Source of the DNA: a virus
Reading direction: 5' to 3' (one strand)
IMG/VR virus record: IMGVR_UViG_3300035047_000236
DNA length: 62,853 nt
Positions 20,453 through 31,200 of this stretch are shown one piece after another (within the stretch, counting starts at the first letter, position 1; every line of letters starts with the position of its first letter). The position numbers and the translations under genes are program-made. A model generated the notes under the pieces. It was not told the origin of the DNA and made no database searches. It worked only from the letters and a program-made list of their open reading frames with translations.

Positions 20453-20731
20453 TCAATACCTCCATTCTCTTATTAAAGAAGTTTTACTTGTAGGTTCATA
20501 GTGACTACATTCATGTATTATCCCATCAAGATCTTCATCTGTTATTAAACATTTATGTTGTTCTATAAAGAATTCATAGTCATCTATATCATCTATATCA
20601 TCCATTCCAATTAATTCCATATAATATTCTTTATCTTCTTTAGTAATTAATTCAACAGTTCTAGTTAATTTGTGAACACAATGTAAACATTTTGATTTTT
20701 CTATTGCATCTGTTATATCTGATGGGTTCAT
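20453..20731 (-). CDS. Cys-containing hypothetical protein
   Basis: CLHC...C...CSHY. Confidence 0.55.
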   Translation of the reverse strand: MNPSDITDAIEKSKCLHCVHKLTRTVELITKEDKEYYMELIGMDDIDDIDDYEFFIEQHKCLITDEDLDGIIHECSHYEPTSKTSLIREWRY

Positions 20732-20764
20732 ATTTATAGCAACTTATACCTTTCTATTAATTTT

Positions 20765-20980
20765 TTAGTTATTATTTCTCTGCTCATAAGCTCTATTAAT
20801 AGCTGACTCTTCTTTTTCCTTTGTTATTTTTCCTTCTTGTTTGAGTCTCTTTATCTTATTATTTATTGATAATTGAGATCTTCCTGGAAGAAGATCCATT
20901 AATTCTGATATAGTGTGTGTACTATAATTATTTATTAATAGTTCTTCTTCATATGTTTTCCACTTACTTTTCCTTACCAT
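20765..20980 (-). CDS. Myb/SANT-like HTH protein
   Basis: WKTYEEELL...LPGRSQLSINNKIKRL. Confidence 0.65.
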   Translation of the reverse strand: MVRKSKWKTYEEELLINNYSTHTISELMDLLPGRSQLSINNKIKRLKQEGKITKEKEESAINRAYEQRNNN

Positions 20981-20992
20981 ATTTCCTCCTTA

Positions 20993-23569
20993 TCATCCTA
21001 TCGTTTTATCTTGTAAAAGATCCGCCACTTCTAATATAGTACTTCTATAAGAATTTTCAAGGTTTACATATGCAATTGATTCATGTGGTAAAACTCTAAG
21101 GAGTTTAAGAAGTCCAGACTCTGAAGGTTTAACCACATCATATGTTTGTGAAAGATCACCTAATAAAATCAATCTTCCAGATTCTGATGGTCTACTTAAT
21201 ATCATACTCATGTAACTAACATCTATAAGCTGTACTTCATCTACAATCAATGTGTCATTATCTAATAGAGATAATCCTTGGATTGAGTTCATAGGTAATG
21301 GCTCTAGTTTTTCTCTGAATAATATGTCTTTTACATAATCGTACCCTTCTCCATCTTTTTGCTGTCCTCTGGTATTAGAGTATAGATAATATAGAGCACT
21401 CATAAAACCAGCAAGCCAGTCCTGCATTTTATCTTCTTTAGTGTTATGGGTTACTATAAAGTCATCTGTTATATACAAACTTTTCTCACTATTTATTTTA
21501 ATACATTTAACAGCTTCTTTACCATTATATATTATATCTTTTATTTTAACATGCCTGTTTCTAGTTGGCATTTTCACTCTATTTGCTTTCCTAGATAAAT
21601 GAAAAACATTAATGTTATCTGATTTTGGTATACTAATTTCATAAGATATGTGTCTAGTAGTTATATCTCCCATATTTTCTGGTCTTTTAGTGGTTTTTCC
21701 AATTCTATTTCTAGTATAATAAGTAGCATTCATTCCTAAAGATCTTGATATCTCTATTATGTCGTCTGCTAGTTGTTTGCTTATAGTGGTTAATGATTGT
21801 TCACCAGTAGTATCTTTTATTGTACCATCTGTGTCCATTAGTCCTTGTAATATGGAAATTCTATCTTCTACTGAAGATCTTTTATAAATTTCCGGTATAA
21901 ACTTAGTATTAGATTTAGTATTTTCTAATCCTAATTCATATATACAGTTTTTAATATAATTTTGCCATCTCTTACTCTTACCAAATCTATAACTTTTACC
22001 GTCCACAGTAGATTCTTTTTTACATCTTCTCCGTAAAGTAGTTGTACTCACATTTATGATTTTACTGGCTTCTACAACTGAAGTAAATACTGCCTCGTTA
22101 TTGTTTTTTATATCAGTAATTATTACTGGTTTGGCAGGTTTATTTGAAGTGTAGTTTCCACTAATAGTGTAACAAATATTATGTCTAGTTAAATACATAG
22201 AATATTCTTTAATTTCACTCTCTACCCTATTTACGATCTCATGATCTGTAGAATAAAACGATATGCTGTTTGAAAAAGAACCATCTCCTAAAAGAACTCC
22301 CATAGTATAAGGTTTTATTGGTAGCTCATTATTACTGTCATATTGTACTATATTACACATCGGTAGTGTGTGATTATACTTATCTCCTGAATTTTCATTT
22401 ATTAGTGTGTTTTTTATTTCCAATGTAGATCTTAGTTTAAAATCATAATTATGTTTTAATTCATTATGTGTTTTAGTAGCCCACAAGTGGTCACCACAAG
22501 CTCTAGTTTTTCCACCATTGGTGGTTTCTATAGTATATACATCTTTAATACCTTTATCATATATCTCTAAAACCTCTGCTTTTTCTCCGTCCGAAGTTAT
22601 AACATAGTCGCCATTTTTTATCTTTCCCATAGTAGTCCATCCAGCAGGTGTTAGTATTTTAGCATCTAACGGTTGTGGTCCAGGAACAAAACCTATATTG
22701 TATTTAGAGTTCAAACCTATAGGTGCCCTAGAAACAAATATTTTTTTATCCTCATTTATTAGAGCTGCACTTAAAGATAACAAACTTTTTCCAGAACCCC
22801 ATTTTCCAGTAATTAAAACATGTTGAGATTCTTTTAAAGCATATATAGCACATGTTTGATAAATATCTCTAGCTTTAATAACTTTAGCTTTTTTATTTCT
22901 AATAACTCTATATTCAGGGTCATCATCTATTTTTTGAAAAATTCTTTTTATTGGATTATGTGCATATACTACATTGTTTTCATCATATGTTTCTATTATA
23001 ATGAAAAACCACGAATTCATTTTGAATTCTTTAGAAGCGGTTTTTGAAAATAATTCGAATACTTCTTCGTACTCACCGAATTCAAATAACCTATTGTACC
23101 CAAAGGTCCCTTCTTTATTGTTTTTAAATAAATCATCTTGTTTGATATAAACATAAGGATTAAAAATATTGTTTAAAACAACATCATAAAGTCTGGTATC
23201 TAGTTTTTGCGAGCTGGCAATTATGTCCATAGACATGTCTTTAGTAGCTATTATAGCATCATATCTTTTAGCACACTCTATTATTTTTAAATCATTGGTT
23301 GATCCATCTAAATCATTTAATTCTGTATCAAATATTATTTTGTCTGGATATTTATCTCTAAAATCTATTAATGCTCTTATAGCCTGTCTAGCACTAAAAG
23401 CTGTATCTTTTTTAAATTTATGTTTATCTAATTCTTTTAAAACTGCTATAGGTATTACTATTTGTTTATAATTATTTGTTAATTTGTATAATATTTTTGA
23501 ATCATCTAACAGTAGATTAGTATCTACAATAACTTTTTTATCAATAGCAATAACTGAGTTTTTTAGCAT
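20993..23569 (-). CDS. phoH: PIN-PhoH (PhoH2-like) protein with intein
   Basis: PIN motifs VDTN...LKELD...ND...TKD, Walker A GKWGSGKS, IGFVPG, IVDEVQ, LLGD..Q. Confidence 0.9.
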   Translation of the reverse strand: MLKNSVIAIDKKVIVDTNLLLDDSKILYKLTNNYKQIVIPIAVLKELDKHKFKKDTAFSARQAIRALIDFRDKYPDKIIFDTELNDLDGSTNDLKIIECAKRYDAIIATKDMSMDIIASSQKLDTRLYDVVLNNIFNPYVYIKQDDLFKNNKEGTFGYNRLFEFGEYEEVFELFSKTASKEFKMNSWFFIIIETYDENNVVYAHNPIKRIFQKIDDDPEYRVIRNKKAKVIKARDIYQTCAIYALKESQHVLITGKWGSGKSLLSLSAALINEDKKIFVSRAPIGLNSKYNIGFVPGPQPLDAKILTPAGWTTMGKIKNGDYVITSDGEKAEVLEIYDKGIKDVYTIETTNGGKTRACGDHLWATKTHNELKHNYDFKLRSTLEIKNTLINENSGDKYNHTLPMCNIVQYDSNNELPIKPYTMGVLLGDGSFSNSISFYSTDHEIVNRVESEIKEYSMYLTRHNICYTISGNYTSNKPAKPVIITDIKNNNEAVFTSVVEASKIINVSTTTLRRRCKKESTVDGKSYRFGKSKRWQNYIKNCIYELGLENTKSNTKFIPEIYKRSSVEDRISILQGLMDTDGTIKDTTGEQSLTTISKQLADDIIEISRSLGMNATYYTRNRIGKTTKRPENMGDITTRHISYEISIPKSDNINVFHLSRKANRVKMPTRNRHVKIKDIIYNGKEAVKCIKINSEKSLYITDDFIVTHNTKEDKMQDWLAGFMSALYYLYSNTRGQQKDGEGYDYVKDILFREKLEPLPMNSIQGLSLLDNDTLIVDEVQLIDVSYMSMILSRPSESGRLILLGDLSQTYDVVKPSESGLLKLLRVLPHESIAYVNLENSYRSTILEVADLLQDKTIG
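21443..22678 (-). mobile_element. Class 3 intein (412 aa) with LAGLIDADG endonuclease
   Basis: Begins PQPLDAKILTP (Pro1). WCT signature: GDHLW, VKCIKI, VTHN|T. Motifs MGVLLGDG and LQGLMDTDG. Confidence 0.88.
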
Positions 23570-23655
23570 AAAGTCTCCAATCTTTTATTATTTTAATATT
23601 GTTAGTGGGCAACAATTTCTACTTATTGTTTAAATATAATTGGAAACTATTTTTA

Positions 23656-23904
23656 TTATTCTAATGGTTCGGTAGGTTCTACATAACTTGGATTTGCTAC
23701 CCAGTCACCATTATACAAATATTTATGACCTGCCCAGTCGCCTGGGTCTGTAACCCCTTCAATTAGAGTTGTATTAGAAGAATTACAATCAGCTATAATA
23801 AATTTAATTGGGTCTCCTACTTCAATTACATCTTCTTTCATATTTACAACCTCACTGTCTTCAAACAAATAGATGCTTACTTCATTTTTTACTAATGTCT
23901 TCAC
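23656..23904 (-). CDS. Small phage tail-associated-type protein
   Basis: Likely GTG start at 23904 after GGAGG. MKTLVKNEVSIYLF...DWAGHKYLYNGDW. Confidence 0.5.
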   Translation of the reverse strand: MKTLVKNEVSIYLFEDSEVVNMKEDVIEVGDPIKFIIADCNSSNTTLIEGVTDPGDWAGHKYLYNGDWVANPSYVEPTEPLE

Positions 23905-24092
23905 AAAACTTTCCTCCATTTTTGTTATAAGTTTTTCCTTCACTATCGCTTCTTAAGAATATAGAACCTGTGCCTGCTTCAACACCTATAACAGATGGGT
24001 CTCCATTACCTGATAAAATCTGAGTTACTCTGTCTTCATGCAAAATTTCTATACCGTTTTTTTTTTGCTTTTAAATATTTAGTATTAGGCAT
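23882..24092 (-). pseudogene. Small ORF frameshifted at an A10 tract (24057-24066)
   Basis: Removing one A gives MPNTKYLKAKKNGIEILHEDRVTQILSGNGDPSVIGVEAGTGSIFLRSD... Confidence 0.5.
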
Positions 24093-24161
24093 AGTGTTTG
24101 TTCCTTATATTTTATTAGTTATAATCAATAATCCAACTAACTATTATTAGGTTAGTTTAAT

Positions 24162-24195
24162 AAAAAAATGCCCAGAACTTTTGGCTCTGAGCATT
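24162..24195 (-). terminator. Rho-independent terminator
   Basis: AATGCTCAGAGC-CAAAA-GTTCTGGGCATT followed by a T run. Confidence 0.7.
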
Positions 24196-24392
24196 CTTTT
24201 AGTTTTTTCTATTAATTTTCGGTTTTTGATTTTTTTATTATTTCTTCTTTTTCTTCATCACTTAATCTTTGAAATAACTGAAGACACATTGTAAAACAAT
24301 CTTCAGGTGTTAAATCTACTATAAGATTAATTTTTGCTCCTGGATAGTTTTCTTCTCCAGAAATTATATTGTTGCCCATAAAAACCTCTCTT

Positions 24393-24878
24393 TCATGCTC
24401 TAAAATACTTTTCTAAAACCATACATGCTTCATCAATAGAAGATGCCCAATAGTTTACTGCGCTTTTTACAAACGGATGATTACAGTATTTATCTTCCTC
24501 TCTATCTCCATCGAATATACCTATAACAGCTTTATGATTATTATCATGATACCATGCTAATTCGAACATAGTCCCAATCATTGGCTTATCTTTATCATAA
24601 TGAATTAGATTTGCTATAGCTATTGTTGATTTCATAACATACATTTTATCTTTGGGAACTAATAAACTGATACCGTTAGTCTTATATACTTTAGTTCTAT
24701 CTAAATCCGATCCATCTCCATACTCTTTAGCTACTGTTTCATTAAATTCGTTGTTGCAGGGGTCAATAAATTCAAATTGTCTATCATCAATGAAATGCAT
24801 TCTTACATCTTTTCTCCATTGATAAGTTTTTGGTTTATTAACACTTATTTGTCCTATTAAATAAATCTTGTCTCTCAT
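24393..24878 (-). CDS. Nucleoside 2-deoxyribosyltransferase-like protein
   Basis: KIYLIG...WR...IDP...D...GTMFELAW...HPFV. Confidence 0.7.
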   Translation of the reverse strand: MRDKIYLIGQISVNKPKTYQWRKDVRMHFIDDRQFEFIDPCNNEFNETVAKEYGDGSDLDRTKVYKTNGISLLVPKDKMYVMKSTIAIANLIHYDKDKPMIGTMFELAWYHDNNHKAVIGIFDGDREEDKYCNHPFVKSAVNYWASSIDEACMVLEKYFRA

Positions 24879-24896
24879 AAAACACCTCTTAATTCT

Positions 24897-25130
24897 TTAG
24901 TATATATCACCGTTGGTTTTAATTTTTTCATTTTCATAAGGAACAGCCGCTCTTCTATAAAATTCATTCTTCGCGCAATCAAATGCCCCAATAATATCAT
25001 TTATAGTTTGGTAATTTAATCCTTTATTTTCTAAATAAGATAAAGCAATCATGCTTATCATATAATTTAATTCACCCACACTATTGGGTGATGTAATATT
25101 AATTCTATCTTCTTTTTTTATATATGGCAT
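24897..25130 (-). CDS. Conserved small phage protein
   Basis: MPYIK...GELNY...EFYRR...PYE..KI..NGD motif common in phages. Confidence 0.7.
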   Translation of the reverse strand: MPYIKKEDRINITSPNSVGELNYMISMIALSYLENKGLNYQTINDIIGAFDCAKNEFYRRAAVPYENEKIKTNGDIY

Positions 25131-25138
25131 TTAAAACC

Positions 25139-25336
25139 TCACACACTGATAGTTGCTTCATTATTTTTTTCTAGCCAGCTGTTATATCTTTCCTCAACAA
25201 CTTCTTTATATTCCATATTATTTTTAAAACTATTCCTATTTCTTATTGATACATCAATAAGGAAACCAATCTCTTCATCAACAAATTTCTCATCTACGTT
25301 GTTTTCAGGAACAACATAAAAATCTTTTATTAACAT
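25139..25336 (-). CDS. Hypothetical protein
   Basis: GGAGG RBS. Confidence 0.55.
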   Translation of the reverse strand: MLIKDFYVVPENNVDEKFVDEEIGFLIDVSIRNRNSFKNNMEYKEVVEERYNSWLEKNNEATISV

Positions 25337-25349
25337 CTTTAATCCTCCA

Positions 25350-25673
25350 TCAATTTAATCTAGATCTTAACTCATCTATAACCATATTTTGTCTTGCTAA
25401 AGTTGAAAACAATAAAACCTCCACTATATTACTGGCTAAAGTTTTTTTACTTATTCCAACTTTTTCTGCCGCCTCATCCATTCCATCTCCTTCGAGTATA
25501 TCGTCATAAACCTCTCCCATATATTTCATATATTTTAGTATACTCTCAGTAAGATCATTAATATAATCATCGTCTTCTATTTCAGGGTCATCATGATATA
25601 ACCCTTTAAGAGCTGTTTTTATATTGTCTAATACTTCTTGTTGTTCTACAAAATCCTTTAATCTGTTTGTCAT
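25350..25673 (-). CDS. Hypothetical protein; native RBS displaced by the IscB insertion
   Basis: ATG at 25673 lies immediately outside the element end. Confidence 0.6.
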   Translation of the reverse strand: MTNRLKDFVEQQEVLDNIKTALKGLYHDDPEIEDDDYINDLTESILKYMKYMGEVYDDILEGDGMDEAAEKVGISKKTLASNIVEVLLFSTLARQNMVIDELRSRLN

Positions 25674-25677
25674 AAAA

Positions 25678-26931
25678 TTAGGCACAGGAAACCACGGTGA
25701 CTTGCCCCGTGGAGGAATGTGCCATCCTCCTTTCCGTTAATGTTGTTGACCTTGCTTTTAGTCTTATGCAATCTTTCTTTACATTTACTGACGGATTGAT
25801 TACCTTACCTTCTAAGTAAGATATGGCAAAAAAACCTGTACTTCTTTTACCCTTGACAAATCCAATACCCTTTGGGGTTTGGATGTAATCAAACTTCCTC
25901 AATCCAAACAGTTTACCAGTTGGTATTCTTTTTTCTGAACGACTACCATTCGTTTGTTGATAATCTCCCTTGGAAACATGTTTTTTAAAATAAACAGTCG
26001 AAGGTATATCAATAATTTCCCCTCCTTCGCAGCATATTGCTACAGCATCGTTATAGTGCGTCTTCGGTAATTTTAGTATTTGTTCCCTATTAAACTTGGT
26101 TTGGTAACCAAATGTTTCTTCAAAATCACCAAACTGCTTTTCCAATTGAGATTTTACAATACCAACCTCAGCAGCATGTTTCGTTTTACTTCTTATGCCT
26201 TTGATTTCAAACTCACCCTTGTGCAATTTATCATGGCAATCTGAACAAAGAACAATCAAATTTTCTGGAGAATCTGTTCCTCCATTGCTCCTAAATACAA
26301 CGTGATGAACGTGCATCTTGCCTTTCTTGGTTTTGCATTTATGACATTGATACATATCACGATGCAATACATATGCCTTTACATTATAGAAGTTTTTTTG
26401 ATTTCCATTCTGATAATCCCATCTTTTAACATCAGGATTGGATATTTTATGTATATCAAAACTTGCTGTTTCTACTTTCCAAAGTGTTACAGGCAATACG
26501 GATTCAACAAACCTCTTTTCCCTCAAATGGGAATCAACTTTTGATTTAATGCTTGGAGCAAGCCTTCCCTTTTTTCGCATAGAAGCTCTGTTTTGCCAAC
26601 GGGCTTTTCTGTATCGTGTTTTTCTGCCTCGTCTGTTTCTACGATACATTCTCCTTTGCTCCATCTTCTTCGATACATCCTGCCTAATTTGAACTTCTGA
26701 TTGATAAACTACTTTACCGTTTGCAATAACAGCACATCCAATCGTTTTACTGCCTGTATCCATACCAGCAACGACTTCTTGTTTATACTCAGTAGTATCT
26801 ACAAGAAGTTTAATAGTAAATGGAGTTCTCCTAATACATTTAGCCTTGCCTTCTTTAAGTAATAATCTTGCGATTACTGGTTTGCAAGGCATCAATGGTT
26901 TTCCCTCTTTGTTTAACACATAAACTTCCAT
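25678..26931 (-). CDS. iscB: RNA-guided endonuclease IscB
   Basis: PLMP domain, RuvC-I GMDTGS, Arg-rich bridge helix, HNH (HVHHV...GGTD..ENL..LC..CH), RuvC-III HYNDA. Confidence 0.95.
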   Translation of the reverse strand: MEVYVLNKEGKPLMPCKPVIARLLLKEGKAKCIRRTPFTIKLLVDTTEYKQEVVAGMDTGSKTIGCAVIANGKVVYQSEVQIRQDVSKKMEQRRMYRRNRRGRKTRYRKARWQNRASMRKKGRLAPSIKSKVDSHLREKRFVESVLPVTLWKVETASFDIHKISNPDVKRWDYQNGNQKNFYNVKAYVLHRDMYQCHKCKTKKGKMHVHHVVFRSNGGTDSPENLIVLCSDCHDKLHKGEFEIKGIRSKTKHAAEVGIVKSQLEKQFGDFEETFGYQTKFNREQILKLPKTHYNDAVAICCEGGEIIDIPSTVYFKKHVSKGDYQQTNGSRSEKRIPTGKLFGLRKFDYIQTPKGIGFVKGKRSTGFFAISYLEGKVINPSVNVKKDCIRLKARSTTLTERRMAHSSTGQVTVVSCA

Positions 26932-26939
26932 CAGTTAAA

Positions 26940-27218
26940 TCCTCCTATAAAAATAGGGTAATGCGTATTTCCAAGTTCGGAGTACTTGGAAAATCCGACA
27001 TCACCTCGACCAGATATGGAAAGGTTTAACGATACAGACACCGCTCCTACCATCACAGAGCTTTTAATCTGCACCCGAAGAGGAAAGTGCTGGTGCGATA
27101 CACTTTCGTTCCTAATTTCTTCCCTATCGTTTACTAACAATTTTTACCTCCTGTTAGTGGTCTGGTAACCTTGTGGCCTTCTTTCAAAAGCCACTGGGCT
27201 TGCCCAGTGGTAGGTTAC
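26940..27218 (-). ncRNA. omega-RNA scaffold of IscB
   Basis: Structured non-coding ~280 nt between the left-end hairpin and the iscB RBS. Confidence 0.75.
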
Positions 27219-27233
27219 AAAATCACTCCATTT

Positions 27234-27893
27234 TTAATAATATAATTCATTTTTTAAATCGAAATCTTCTATCCATAAAGATATATCTTTTGTTATTCTG
27301 AAATTTGATATCATTCCATGAAAATAACTATTATTTTGACCACCTATAACTAAATATCTATTTGTATTTAATAAAGCTTTATTAGAAAAAGTTTTATTAA
27401 TTACTTTTCCATTTCTTAACATGTATATATAATTACTACTTCTAACTATTGCCCAGTGTGTCCAAACCTCGTGCTCTAACTTGCAATTAAAATCGTTTTC
27501 TAACATTTCTGATAGGCTGGTATCATCAAACATACTAATCTTCTTAAAATCAGTGTTTTTTATGTTTATAGCACCATTATTAAATAATACTTGTTCTTCT
27601 TTTGAATCACTAAAGGTATATTCCCACCAATCAATAGTAAAATCTTCAGCCCCGAAATTTAATTTTCTTTTATGATCTTTTACTATTATTCTACTTTCAC
27701 TTCCATTTAAGTATATGTAAGAATTAGTTATAGCATTACTATTACTAATTATATCCTTATGATTATTTGTTATATCAACTATTTTACCATTATCATTGAT
27801 AAGAAATAAATCACCAAAAAAAGTATCCTCATCGAAAGAATGTCTGATATTTTTTCTCATAGATCTAATCTTGGCTGGAAGTTTTATTATCAT
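27234..27893 (-). CDS. LamG/concanavalin-like domain protein
   Basis: DFTIDWW...WTHWAIVR...FHGMISNFRITK. Confidence 0.75.
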   Translation of the reverse strand: MIIKLPAKIRSMRKNIRHSFDEDTFFGDLFLINDNGKIVDITNNHKDIISNSNAITNSYIYLNGSESRIIVKDHKRKLNFGAEDFTIDWWEYTFSDSKEEQVLFNNGAINIKNTDFKKISMFDDTSLSEMLENDFNCKLEHEVWTHWAIVRSSNYIYMLRNGKVINKTFSNKALLNTNRYLVIGGQNNSYFHGMISNFRITKDISLWIEDFDLKNELYY

Positions 27894-28120
27894 ATTAAAC
27901 CATACCTTTCCAATTCTATTTTTGTTGCTGGTCTACATCTAACAATAATACTTTTTTTACATTCTTTATTGCCTTCATTTATTAAACCACAATCAATATT
28001 ACATATTTCATCTGTAGAACAACCATCAACTGGGTGAGGTCTTCCGTGATAGCATCCTGATAAACAATGTCTCTCTAAACTTTTTTCTTTATCTGGTCTG
28101 TTACAAATGTAGTATATCAT
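27890..28120 (-). CDS. Cys-rich small protein
   Basis: GAGG RBS, multiple Cys/His. Confidence 0.55.
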   Translation of the reverse strand: MIYYICNRPDKEKSLERHCLSGCYHGRPHPVDGCSTDEICNIDCGLINEGNKECKKSIIVRCRPATKIELERYGLI

Positions 28121-28212
28121 GTTATACCTCGTATATGTTTATTCAGTCAATGATAACTTAATAACTTTTTAATATATGTCAAATAAAAAAACATTAAATA
28201 ATTTATTATTTC

Positions 28213-31200
28213 TTAAGAGTAAGGTGCTACTGTTTTATATGGGTGCCCGTCCGGAAGGTTTGTCTCAAGACCCCATTTCCAGGCCAGGTAGCCTTCTATT
28301 TTTTCCCGGTTATTTGTACTAATTACCCCTGCCACGATGATGAATTCTGCAAGTTCTCCTGAAAGACCATAGCTGTAGTTGGGTGCCCCTCCTACGTGGG
28401 CAGTGTTAGTTGGATCGCCCACACCGACACTCCCCGCAGATATCATCGTGTCGGCATAAATAGTGCCATCGCATCTTATAACAAGCCGGTCAGCACTTGC
28501 CGCATCAAGATCAAGCCCATACATCACGACGCCCCATGTGTTGCCTGTTAGCGAATTATTTGCATACCCGCTCACAGTTGCTGGAGATATTTGTCCGCTC
28601 ACATAAGCAAAAAGCGCCCTATCCCGCCCTAATCCGCCCCTGTCATCGAAAGAAAACACTGCTCCTTTTTGTGATACTGTTTGATCACAAGTGCTAAAAT
28701 AAGGCATATACGCATCGGGGTCTGTGCTTGTTCCAGCCTTCAAAACAGCAAAAATAGTGTATTCTGTAGTATTATTATGCAAATACGCCCAGTTAGATGC
28801 TGCTTGATCACATACTAATTTCTCTGATCCACCAAATGCTACCGTGTTTTTAAGATTTTGCGTCCCCTGGGTTGGTCGTGCGGCTAAAGCAGGTTGACTG
28901 AAAGAGTACGCATTCCCGCTTTTATCGTCCCACTGCTCTACGTTATTACTACCATCAAGCGTGATTGTGCCGCTATCAGCCGCATCCAGCCACAACGCTG
29001 TGGTTATTTCTGTCGGGGTCCAAAGAGACCCACTAATATATTCTATTGGAGGTTGAAAATCACTTAAATACATACTATCAATATAAAACGTATTATCTAA
29101 ATCATCATTAAGTATATTAAAAGCTATTTTTCTTATATAAAATAAACTTGTGTCAAATAAAGAGCTTAAATCTATACACTCTTTTTGCCACACGTTTAGA
29201 TCATTGTGGTGTATATTTTTTGATATTGGCGTATTTATTAATGTACTTGAGTTAATATCTTCTATTTCTCCTGCGGTTAAAAGGGTATTGGTTTGGGCAT
29301 GATAATCGGCTTTTATCCAATCAGCAGACAGGTCTGTTATTAATATTGAAAAAAGAGCAGCTTGACCTTGAAACCAACGGCTTGGAACTGTTGAAAAACC
29401 TATGCGCGAATCAGTAGGAGTATCTCCAGTGTATGTTTCCCCTGAACTACTATCAAGAGCCAAAACCCCATCAACATATAATTTCACTGACGTTCCATTT
29501 CTTGAACAAGCAACATAATGATAATTACCGTCTGTTATATCAACAGGAGCTGTTATGGCACCACCACTTGGGGGGTATTCGTCAATGTATAAAAATCCAG
29601 AACCATCTATAGCAAAATTATGATTAATATGAGATGATGAAATATTCCATTGAGCAAAAAAATGTTGTTGATCACCATTTTTAGTTGTTTTTATTAAAGC
29701 GACCTGAGTATACTGATAAGTCTGCTCTGGAATGAGCAAACCGGAAAAATTGATATAATCATTTACCCCATCAAAATCTATTGCCTTACCAATTTCACCA
29801 TTAACTAAATTGGCACTTGTCATACTACCATTTGGTGTACCATGGTTTGCATTCCCTGTTGAATCAATAATACAATTTGCACCACCTGAAGGATCTTGGG
29901 CCATCGTATATACAGCAGCAAAATCATTATTCCAAACATTCTGCGCGGCTGTGTCGCCGGACTCACCTATATAATCTGTATTATTTTCTTGATTGGTGTC
30001 ATAATACAGATAAAGGGTGGTGTCTGCTGTGCTGGAAATTATCCAATCTGCCCGGGATGCCCAAAGAGTGATTTTATCATTCACCGTATCCCATTGTTCA
30101 ATTTCACAATATAACTGAGAGTTATCGATGAGAGTTACTGCTATTTTTTTGTCATTACTTCCAACTTCTGTAATAATATCTTCGGCATCTGTTCCAGATA
30201 GTGTTATTGGTACTGGAAAATGGGTTAGATCAGCATCAATTTTTGTGTGGTCTATTGTAAATGGTATTCTATAAGCCCAATCACCTAACCAATCAGATGG
30301 ACCTTCAACCGACATAGAAAACTCAACATTTTCTCCAACCCTATTTGATTTTGTATCAAAACATAAACTATTATAATCTCTTAATGCTATATCTTGAGTA
30401 AATTCTTTTTCAAAACCATATGTTTTCGAGCCAGAAATAACTGCTTCTGCACGTAGGGAAAAATTTCCGTATGTTGGTGAAGAGTTGTCTGTGTATACTT
30501 CTATTACATCTGAATAAGCCTGTATTTCTTGTGTAGGAGCAGCGCTTTCATATGGGTGCCATGAAGGCAGAGTTGCCTCAAGCCCCCATTTCCAAGCAAG
30601 ATACCCTTCAATTTTTTGGCGGGTGTCAGTATCTACCAGTCCGCTAACGATAATAATTTCAGCAACCTTGCCTGTCATAGGTAACACATTGTTTCCAAAC
30701 GCACCAATTTGTAATGTGTGTGTTGGGTTGGCTGTTGATAGCGTGGCTGACCATTCGTTGTTACCAAGCAAATTACCGCCATTGACAGACGTCTTTCCTC
30801 TCGCTGCCGGAGTAGCATTGCCTGGGTCCGTCAACCAGCCAACAACATTGAACTGCCCTGCGGGGATCAGATTGTTAAATTCTGTTGCGATCGGGTTGTC
30901 TGTGCCACCAAAGTTCCATACAACACGGCCATATAATTGAGCACTGCCGTTCCCAACCTGAATCATAGAGGCGTCATTCGCCCCTGTGACCACGGGTCTG
31001 TCTTCATAACCAACTGCATAGCCAGCGTTTCCTGAGGTGCCGGCACTTGTGCCCATCAAAGGATATACCGCTTCCGGGTTTGCAATATCACCAAACTGCG
31101 CCACCGCGAATACTGAGCTTTTTGTAGCGTCATGCAAGAACTTCCAAACACTTGGGGTATCATCGCTGGTCAAACAGTTTGCAGCGAAATCAAGAACATT

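Larger units (their letters stand above)
25674..27218 (-). mobile_element. Non-autonomous IS200/IS605-family IscB element
   Basis: End hairpins CCACTGGGC-AA-GCCCAGTGG and CCACGG-N9-CCGTGG, iscB ORF, no tnpA in window. Confidence 0.85.

Noticed and set aside
26931-27168. Short ORFs upstream of iscB
   Set aside because: They overlap the omega-RNA scaffold
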